A DNA stretch of 63,872 bases, counting the filler, from Stramenopiles sp. TOSAG23-2 (taxonomy: Eukaryota): the NCBI GenBank assembly GCA_900128395.1. It is 6 parts of 6 records of this genome, joined end to end, with 100 filler letters (N's around TTAATTAATTAA, not from the genome) between each part and the next. Parts side by side here need not be neighbours in the genome. Positions count along the whole stretch, not along the records: positions 28,584 to 57,063 come from LT649400.1; positions 57,164 to 58,766 come from LT652618.1; positions 58,867 to 60,468 come from LT652619.1; positions 60,569 to 62,170 come from LT652620.1; positions 62,271 to 63,872 come from LT652621.1; 1 more part is not named here. One strand, given 5' to 3'. The first letter of the stretch is position 1; each line of letters opens with the position of its first letter. Below, in pieces: positions 55,362-63,872 of the stretch. Both the position numbers and the translations under genes were made by a program. The notes below the pieces were generated by a model. The model was not told the DNA's origin. It searched no databases and was given only the letters and a program-made list of their open reading frames with translations.

Positions 55362-57063
55362 ATGTGGAAACCTCCAACACATAACACAAGTACAAAAGGC
55401 ATAGTTGCTACAGGTAAACAGCCAGAACGAAGTAATCATATGTTATTAACTAGATCATTGCCAACTTTGCCAAAAACTCCATCCAGCTGGGGTGAATCAA
55501 GAGAAGGTGAAACATGGATTAAAACATCAGCATCAGTGCCGTCCCGTAGCGTTGTCATACGTAACCTACCAAATGCTGTTAGTGATAATGATGTGAAAGC
55601 TTTATTTTCACAATGTGGCGATATACACATGTTCATTTCCAAGGAGAGGGAAAACAAAGGTATTATTATCGTCCATTATTACGATTTAAGATCAGCAGAA
55701 GATGTTCAAAAACGTTTTAATGGAAGAACGTTACATCAGTCAAAAGTCAGCGTTACGTTTTTGGCAAAAGATTCTACAGTGGCGGCTTCATTGTCGCCAT
55801 CTTATCCATATCCAAACCGTGGTACAGTTGCATTTGAAAATTTACCACCACTTATTACAGAGGAGCGATTTTTACAGTTTTGTGAATTATATGGCTCAGC
55901 AAAAAGTGCAAGTGCTGATGAAGCATTGGCAGAATTTTATGATGTTAGAGAAGCATATGATGTGATTGAGAAAGTAAATAGTGGAGAAACAATGCTAAGT
56001 GGTAGAAAAATATTCGCAAAAGCAGCATATGGTAGCAATGGGAAATTATTATCGTCACAAAAACAAGGCATGCATGATCATGCTATGAAACAAAAAGTTA
56101 ATGGGAAACAACAACAACAACGACGACAACAACAACAAGTTTCACCATCAACTGGAGCGCCACCATCAGCAATCCAATCGCAACAACAACAGCAGCAGCA
56201 GCAGCAGCAACAACAACAAGTACAAAAATCATTTAGTAGCTCACCGTCATTGCCGTCTTCTTCGCCACCTGCCATGTCGTCTTCTTCTTCTTCTACGTTT
56301 CAACAAGATCAACAACGCCCACCGCAAATAGCAGGATTTTCAAATCAATTTAATAACAACAACAACAGTAATAATATTAATTTAAATCACAATAGGAATA
56401 CCAATAGTCAAAATGTGAATATGACAACAAGTTTTGCAAAACCAGCATTTACAGCGCCAGGACAATCTACAAATAGTCCGAACAATCTATCGTCATCACA
56501 AATGTCGTCACCACCTCATGAAACAGATATAGTTGGTAAAATTTTAGCTTCCATAGATAAACAGCAAAAACTTTTCATAGATTTGCAAGGTGTTTTAATC
56601 CAAAAAATGACGCAAACGAGCTTCAATGCCCCAGGCAACCAAGTCGATTTAGCCACTATACAACAACAAATGAAGAGTTGTCATTTGTATTTAAATCAAA
56701 TTACAAATCTAAAATCACAATTTCAGGGTACGTTTAATACTGTAAATGTAAATAATAGTCCTACAAGAATGATGAATGATAATAATAGTAACATTAATAA
56801 TAATAACAATAATTTTTATAATAATGGCAATGGAAATATGAATTCTTCTAGGAATAAATTGAAACAAAGTGCTGATGCAAAACCGTTTACACCATCTTCT
56901 TCTTATAGCATGAAGAACAACAATTATAGCCAGTCACAACCGTTGCCATCTTTTCAACCGTATAACAAGCATTATGATAATCATAGATTAAATAATAATA
57001 TGAATGATAGAGGAGGAAGAGACTATAATGGTAAGCATAATAATAATAATGCAATGCAAAGCG
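55362..57063 (+). CDS. Mei2-like RNA-binding protein, N-terminal part (RRM1, RRM2, Q/N-rich linker), runs to contig end
   Basis: PSRSVVIRNL..VSD..V.ALFSQCGDI..KG.IIVHYYDLRSA; NRGTV..NL..AEFYDVREA. Confidence 0.85.
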
Positions 57064-57232
57064 NNNNNNNNNNNNNNNNNNNNNNNNNNNNNNNNNNNNN
57101 NNNNNNNTTAATTAATTAANNNNNNNNNNNNNNNNNNNNNNNNNNNNNNNNNNNNNNNNNNNNCATAAATTATATATAAGTTGTTATACAAATGATTATA
57201 TATCATTTAAACAACAACAACAACAACTACAA

Positions 57233-57583
57233 ATGAAGAAACAAGATGATAATGGTATGCAAGACATTAATCCACCATCAATAGCAATGTGTTTAAATAG
57301 TGGTGTAGGTACAGATTCATTATTATGGGAAGAAACAATACAATTATTATTAGCAGAGGAAGATGTTACATTACGATTAACATCATTTGATGAATTAGAT
57401 AGTCAAATGGATTGCAATGCACTAGATACATTTCAATCGAACTCATCATTGCATGATGAACGTCAAACATATATCAATCCATTTGGTAGTACAATGGGTG
57501 AAATACGAACTGGTAAACAAGGGGAAGCATCTGCTATACCACGTGTTGGTTATTCCAATTGTTTCATACATTCATACCATTAA
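57233..57583 (+). CDS. short hypothetical protein or fragment
   Basis: 116-aa ATG ORF with protein-like composition near a contig start. Confidence 0.4.
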   Translation: MKKQDDNGMQDINPPSIAMCLNSGVGTDSLLWEETIQLLLAEEDVTLRLTSFDELDSQMDCNALDTFQSNSSLHDERQTYINPFGSTMGEIRTGKQGEASAIPRVGYSNCFIHSYH

Positions 57584-57844
57584 TCAATACATCAGAGGAT
57601 GGGAGCAGTGATGATTATCATATATATAAAGAAGGGAGCGGAAAGGTGTGATGGGATGGAGATGTATATATATTATATATATATACCTCTAGTAGAGATG
57701 TGTGTACGAAATATACTTTTTTATAAAATGTATAAATATGCATAAGAAATAATATGTACACTTTACATTTATTCACTTAATGAATTGCCCATCAATAATA
57801 TCGAAAGAACATGTGTGCAATTGGAGATCTACATTTTTATTAAA

Positions 57845-58762
57845 TCACTTCGCAATACCAAATCTAATTAATAAATCAATTAACTTGTTGTATTCAAATG
57901 TTTTTGCACGTGTTAATGGTGTATGTCCATAACAATTCGTTTGTTCCAATGAATCATGAATATCATTTAAGTGATGATGTAATAAATATTCTATCACATC
58001 ATATGAATTGTTTCTACATCCAGCTAAAAATGGTGTTGTTTGATATTGATCCATTTGATTATATTTCAATGGCACCATATCATTAACATCATTCAATGCT
58101 AATGCATCACTTCCATTTACATTTACATTCAATGAACTGCTTTCAATTAACAATTTTAAATCATTTAATTTATTCATACAGCATAATATAAAAAATGGTG
58201 TCTCGCCATTATCATTACTTTGATTGAAATCAATCAAGGGTGTATTTAATAATAATTTAATAATATTACTATTTGCAACACTAGTAGGACCAGCACATGC
58301 AATCGTTAATGCAGTTTCACCTTTTTCTTTACCTTTTTCAACCGTTTTATTTACATTGATGTTGTTTGTTTGTAATAATAATTGTACATTTCTATCAAAA
58401 CCCTGTTGTATTGCAATATGTAACGGTGTCATACCATTCATTTTATCGACTTTATTCACATCAATTGTATCTTGTGCCAATAATTTTTTGATCTTGTTGT
58501 AATGTTCTCCTTCTCGTTTCGTTGTCTCCTGTTGTTGTTGCTGATTGTTATTGGTAGTAGTATCAGGTGGAATAATGGCATTACATGTTTCACATAATTC
58601 ATATAAAATTGTTTTACCATTTGGTTGATAATTATTAATTACATCATCATCATCATTATCATTTAATATTATTATATTTTTCTTTATATTCTTACTTATC
58701 TTTGTGAAAATGAAAGATACATATGTATTTTCATGTTTATTTTTCATTACCATCGATGTCAT
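57845..58762 (-). CDS. ankyrin-repeat protein (possibly 5'-truncated at contig edge)
   Basis: GKTILYELC, GMTPLHIAIQQG, GETALTIAC, GETPFFILC, TTPFLAGC, GHTPLTRA. Confidence 0.85.
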   Translation of the reverse strand: MTSMVMKNKHENTYVSFIFTKISKNIKKNIIILNDNDDDDVINNYQPNGKTILYELCETCNAIIPPDTTTNNNQQQQQETTKREGEHYNKIKKLLAQDTIDVNKVDKMNGMTPLHIAIQQGFDRNVQLLLQTNNINVNKTVEKGKEKGETALTIACAGPTSVANSNIIKLLLNTPLIDFNQSNDNGETPFFILCCMNKLNDLKLLIESSSLNVNVNGSDALALNDVNDMVPLKYNQMDQYQTTPFLAGCRNNSYDVIEYLLHHHLNDIHDSLEQTNCYGHTPLTRAKTFEYNKLIDLLIRFGIAK

Positions 58763-59247
58763 CTTTNNNNNNNNNNNNNNNNNNNNNNNNNNNNNNNNNN
58801 NNNNNNNNNNTTAATTAATTAANNNNNNNNNNNNNNNNNNNNNNNNNNNNNNNNNNNNNNNNNNNNATATAATATTTTTTCAATTTTTTTAGAAAAATGT
58901 ATTATTTTTTACTTTAAATAAAAATATTTTTTAATATATAATGTTAATATATATACCGTATATATGTATTTTATTAATAAACAATTTACATAATAAAATA
59001 TCGTTCGTACGTATTATTTTTAGATCTAATATACCTTTCGTAAAATAAATATTATTATAATCACCTGTAGTACATTTTTTTTTATTGAATTATTTGATGG
59101 CCAGATGGCTCTCCTAAATAATATATAATTATATAAATAATAATAGCCCACCAGCTCGAGCTATAGCATTAACAGCATTTTACACCGTAAAGCTACAATA
59201 TAATATTCTTCATTCACATATAAAGAATATCAATGACAAATATTAAA

Positions 59248-60321
59248 CTAGTTCTTTCTCTTTTTCTTTTTACGTCTTTGTTGTTTCCTTGAATTAATAG
59301 GTTTTACACGATCATCAGAATTATGTTTAGTATTTTTTTGTTTAGATATATAGGATGTAAACTTGATTATATCTTTATGGTTTTGAATTTTTTCCAAAGT
59401 ATTATATTTTTCTGCTAATGTTAATTCATCTTCAGCCTTATGAATCGCAGAATGGCATGGTCGACAAACATTAATACATCGATTTAATACCTCACGAGTA
59501 TATATACTTGGTTCTGAATCGTTGCTAACATTATCATTGATTCTCGTTTGTTTCTTCCGTTTCGATAAAAAATGAGAATGTACTGTTTTTGGAATTAAAT
59601 GATGTAATGTTAATGGGATGGATCTAAAACATAATTGACATTCACCTTCTTCGCCAGCGTCTTCCCATAGATTTTCATTTGATACAGTAGATATTTCAGA
59701 TAAATTACAATATTGTTTTTTATTGTATTTAGTGATTAAAATTAATATTTGTTGTTTTCCATTTTCCATATTATTATTATCCATGCACTCGTCATCATAT
59801 TCAACATTTAATTTTAATATTCTTCCATCCATCCATGTATTTGTTATATTTTCCATTACTTGAACTATCATACCTTCATATAAATGATCCATTTCGTTTT
59901 TATTTTCATTGTTTATTTCATTAATTAAGTTTTGTATGAATTGATTATTTAAATTATTATTATTAATGACCTCGTTAATTACATCACTAGAATATCCACC
60001 AGTATCTTGTAATATATTTTCCATTATAGATTTCCATTCATCGTTGTAATTATCATTATTATCACTCATAACACCATTCACTATTGATGATATTTCCTCA
60101 ACAAAACATGTTGCTAACATTTCTGAATCAATACCTTCATTTAAATCATCTTCACTGCAAAAAATTGCTTCGGAAATTATATCTTCTAATTCTTTCAGCA
60201 GTGATTTTTCTTTTTTTTTCTTCTTCTTATTTTTTTGTTTCTTATGACGTTTACTATTCATATCTATATATATACTTTTTTTTTGTTTCTTTACATATAT
60301 ATAATTTGTCTTCAGGCCCAT
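59248..60321 (-). CDS. HNH-like zinc-binding protein (YisB-like) preceded by a Tudor/SH3-like segment
   Basis: CQLCFRSIPLTLHHLIPK...CINVCRPCHSAIH...LAEKYNTLEKI; upstream LYEGMIVQV..TNTWMDGRILKL. Confidence 0.75.
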   Translation of the reverse strand: MGLKTNYIYVKKQKKSIYIDMNSKRHKKQKNKKKKKKEKSLLKELEDIISEAIFCSEDDLNEGIDSEMLATCFVEEISSIVNGVMSDNNDNYNDEWKSIMENILQDTGGYSSDVINEVINNNNLNNQFIQNLINEINNENKNEMDHLYEGMIVQVMENITNTWMDGRILKLNVEYDDECMDNNNMENGKQQILILITKYNKKQYCNLSEISTVSNENLWEDAGEEGECQLCFRSIPLTLHHLIPKTVHSHFLSKRKKQTRINDNVSNDSEPSIYTREVLNRCINVCRPCHSAIHKAEDELTLAEKYNTLEKIQNHKDIIKFTSYISKQKNTKHNSDDRVKPINSRKQQRRKKKKRKN

Positions 60322-60568
60322 TTCTTGTGCATATTTTTATAGTGTATTCCAATTGTGTTCGACGAAGAAAATAAAAAAAGGTTGCAACAACAACAACAAA
60401 TTCGCACACATTCTTCCTGTGCTGTGCTGTGTGGTGCTACTCTGGACACCAGAGATTTTCCTTGCCAGNNNNNNNNNNNNNNNNNNNNNNNNNNNNNNNN
60501 NNNNNNNNNNNNTTAATTAATTAANNNNNNNNNNNNNNNNNNNNNNNNNNNNNNNNNNNNNNNNNNNN

Positions 60569-62080
60569 AATAATACCTATGTAACTTGCTTCACGCCATA
60601 TTTGTAATGTATTTGGTAATGAAATGACCATAAACGAAACTGTTACGAAATTTAACATCATCAATGTTCCAATACGTCCACAGAAATTATACCACATAGG
60701 TGTCTTCCCAGTTTCATAATTTTCAAATATAGGACGTAATGCACGTCTTAAAGTTTTTCCACTGGATTGCAACCATGCACCACATCCAAATGTGATATAG
60801 TAACCTCCATAAAATCCATGCCAAAATGCAGAGACCATCATTGTTACATACATAGCAATAGTGGTTCCATAATTACCTTCTAACATTCGTTCATATGAAT
60901 ATACACGCAACCAATATGCCGTCTTCAAATTCCAATTAGTAACAGCTTCCCTAGCAGATTCTCCAAATTCAACATTTAAATAATTAGCATTTACCATACG
61001 ATCCCATTTAATTTTATTTGTTTTCTTATCACGGCCATTATAGCCGAATCCTGTTAAAATCATAGCACCATCTGCTAAGTTCCATACGCAATAATATTTA
61101 GATCGATTTAATGATACACTTAGCCATATTACTATTAATTGTTTATATATTGGCATTAATTTAAAATCATCGCATAATAAAAAGAATGGGTTGTATTGTT
61201 TTGCTACTGTTTGGAAAATCACTAAAAATATCATTGAAGTGAAAAAGGAAATAAATGCAGGAAATAAACGTGAACTTAAACCTGGTTTTTTTTTATTTTC
61301 AAATAATTCATTTGATGTAAATTTCAAGTAGTCTTGAAATTCAAATGCTGGCCCTCCAAGGTAACCTCCAAAGAAAAAAATAAACGATAAAAATTCCAAC
61401 GTAGTCACTTTGCTGATATCAACTGAATTTGTAATACGATGTGCATATTTTGCACTTTGTTTTTTTCCGAAATCAAATACATTCCATGCAAATGATGTTA
61501 GTTTAATTGTTATCACCATTTGTGGACCAGATACATCTAGTGTATAACCGCCATAATCAATATATAAACGATAAATATGACAAAAACTAGTAATGCCCAT
61601 ACTGACAACAAATATAATTGGAGGTGTTAATTTATTGTTTCCCATCATCTTGCAAGTTGCAAATACAATTAACGAAGACGTTAATGGTAACAACGTATTG
61701 ATTCCAAAACATGCATATGAAAGGAATAATCCCCAAAATAAACTATATGAATGTTTTAAAGTTATACTTGCATCTGGTAACATGGAATGACCAATAGCTA
61801 ATACATAACAAAATAATGATCCAAGAAAATACCTTATGACATCACCTGCTATTCCAACATCAGCAGAAAATTTGTCAAGTTTTTGATCTAATATATTAAA
61901 TGGATCATGGTTTTCAAATGGATGCCCTAAAAATTGTGCAGATAATTTTTTTTGGTATTCTATTTCTTCAGCTGTTTCTTCTATTTTTGTTCTTGGACAA
62001 CCTAAATTTGCTGCTTGTATCAATGATATAGTAGTTGTTATTAAAATGAATGTTATTACAACAATAGTGTTAAATTTCAT
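60569..62080 (-). CDS. MBOAT family lysophospholipid acyltransferase (ALE1/LPCAT3-like), 3'-truncated
   Basis: DVSGPQMVITIKLTSFAWNVFD, FFGGYLGGPAFEF, KYYCVW.LADG, GFGYNG, WNLKTAYWLR, SAFWHGFYGGYY (catalytic His). Confidence 0.92.
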
Positions 62081-62892
62081 AATTTTAAATTAATTATTTG
62101 TATTTATTTATTTTTTGTATTTGTTTATTTTGATTAAAATTATATTACAGTATGAATCTACTAATTTCTTNNNNNNNNNNNNNNNNNNNNNNNNNNNNNN
62201 NNNNNNNNNNNNNNTTAATTAATTAANNNNNNNNNNNNNNNNNNNNNNNNNNNNNNNNNNNNNNNNNNNNGTATGAAATGAGGTTAAAAATCAATCATTT
62301 TTGCGGAAATATTTATCATTTTCAGGAGAAATTGCATGAAAATGTGAAAATGGAAATCACTATATATAAAAATAGCACTGAATATTACAGAGTACAAGTA
62401 GTATAATTATAATATAATAGATCTAGTACAACAAAGAAATGAATCACAAATCACAAAAAATATAATAATAAATATAAATATAGTGTTGCAATATAATAAA
62501 TAGGTTGCAATACAAAATTAATTAGAAAAAGAACTACTATTATATTTCATATCAAACATACATATACACTGTATACATAACATATAAAATCGTAATCTTT
62601 TTGCTTAGAATTTATATTGTAGTCGATACATAATCATCATCCTTTTCCTTACAGAAAAATCACGTATAGAAGTAGTTGAAGAAACCAATTACAAAACATT
62701 GAAAATTCATACACAACAACAACAACAAAAAGTCAGAATTAAACCATAAATAATAACGCGAACATCCTAATTTATTGAAATAGACATATATAATAGAGAT
62801 ACATATAGAACAAATAAACATAGAATAGACAGATAGAAATAAAACTGCAAACATCCCTATACATATATATATCTGAATTAATATCAAATAAA

Positions 62893-63872
62893 ATGAGTCA
62901 TTTGTTTCTTGATGATTGGAAAAGTGCTCCAAGGGATCCACGTGGAATACCATTAACGTTAGGTTTTACTAACCCAGTGGAAAATATGCACTTACAAAAA
63001 TTAAAAAATATTCATGATACAACTACAAAATTGTCGGTAAATGAACGTCGTGAAGTTGCAATATCATATGCTCTATCGAATTTTCAAATAAAGAACAATA
63101 TACCGCGTGAAGAGCCAACGGTGTTACGCCATCCAACTCCTTTGTTGAAAAAACATAAACCTCGTGGTGTTTTAAGAGCACGTAGTAGATATCCATTACC
63201 ATATCATATTGGAACGCAAGCAAATGTAAAGAAAACAATACATTTTCGTTCCGTTTTATTGTTATTATTAAGAAATACGCATGCAAAGAAGCCATTTACA
63301 AATAAGGTATTAGCGCGTATCAAAGATACTATTTTGTTTTATACCCCAAAGCAATTATATATCGCACATAAATATGCAATGAAAATGCTTGGAAGTCATA
63401 ATTTACCTTCATTAAAATCGGATACTGGTAGTGATAGCAGTGGCAACAGCAACAGCAACAACAACAAGAAGAAGGGAAAAAACAAGACTAATATGACTTC
63501 ACCACGTGCTAGTAAAAGAAGAAAAGTGAGACAAAGTCCACGTGAAAAGGATGAAGCTAGTAATAAAACAATATCCGACAGTAATCAGGAAGTGAAAAGA
63601 ATGACTCCAGAAGAATTAGTTGAAAAAGAACATGCGTTTTTAAAGGAAATAAATACATGGACATCATGGACACGTCAAGAAGATTTAAGAATTGCAGATA
63701 TTAAAATTGGTAATTTAATTGATTTTTACGATGTTGGAACTGGAAGTTGGTATCAAGCACGAGCATTGAAAGAAACACGTCGTGGTGTTATTATACATTT
63801 GATTTGGCCAATAAAGCAACACAATAACCAAGTTTTGTTACAGAAAGAACATTTAAATACTCTTGTTAGACC
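62893..63872 (+). CDS. hypothetical protein running off the window end, with a Tudor/Agenet-like segment
   Basis: open frame from ATG 62893 (MSHLFLDDWKSAPRDPRG..) to the window end; IKIGNLIDFYDVGTGSWYQARAL; absent from the ORF track because it has no stop. Confidence 0.7.
   Translation, partial: MSHLFLDDWKSAPRDPRGIPLTLGFTNPVENMHLQKLKNIHDTTTKLSVNERREVAISYALSNFQIKNNIPREEPTVLRHPTPLLKKHKPRGVLRARSRYPLPYHIGTQANVKKTIHFRSVLLLLLRNTHAKKPFTNKVLARIKDTILFYTPKQLYIAHKYAMKMLGSHNLPSLKSDTGSDSSGNSNSNNNKKKGKNKTNMTSPRASKRRKVRQSPREKDEASNKTISDSNQEVKRMTPEELVEKEHAFLKEINTWTSWTRQEDLRIADIKIGNLIDFYDVGTGSWYQARALKETRRGVIIHLIWPIKQHNNQVLLQKEHLNTLVR

Larger units (their letters stand above)
53681..57063. repeat. 55-bp perfect inverted repeat pair (53681-53735 and 57009-57063)
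   Basis: AGAGGAGGAAGAGACTATAATGGTAAGCATAATAATAATAATGCAATGCAAAGCG on + at 57009 and on - at 53735..53681. Confidence 0.93.

Noticed and set aside
57845-58762. Ankyrin protein as part of the glutaminase/Amt system
   Set aside because: It is on a different contig beyond a linker and lacks the DYD.R..LH/DR.G.TP module signature
28484-62270. Repeated TTAATTAATTAA palindrome as a biological element (for example piggyBac-like TTAA sites)
   Set aside because: Always centred in exactly 100 bp of Ns, so it is an artificial six-frame-stop contig linker; synteny across these points is meaningless

Overview
AT-rich, gene-dense eukaryotic (protist, plausibly heterotrophic stramenopile-like) DNA with no introns evident in the long genes. 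The window is six contigs joined by artificial 100-bp N44-TTAATTAATTAA-N44 linkers, plus one short N gap. It shows many signs of assembly or whole-genome-amplification artefacts: exact tandem duplications, a 2342-bp duplication, and an inversion that splits a Mei2-like gene. Housekeeping genes include FAM50/XAP5, ubiquitin-eS30, TyrRS-EMAPII, SAC3/GANP, CTF18, a TKL kinase and an MBOAT acyltransferase. The best candidate for a new system is a 16-kb ammonium/nitrogen locus on one contig. A glutaminase with glutaminase-type ankyrin modules sits head-to-head with an ammonium transporter fused to four ankyrin modules of the same type; this transporter has its second pore His replaced by Gln and carries an ERTPLL dileucine motif. 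Nearby are a second ammonium transporter fused to a GNAT acetyltransferase and a multi-Myb transcription factor. Also notable are a FYVE-PI3K resembling giant-virus (Mimivirus L615-type) kinases, an RRM-RNB nuclease with a bacterial-type DLDQA motif, and a SAC3 carrying FG repeats plus Nab2-type zinc fingers. All family calls come from motif recognition by eye; no searches were run.
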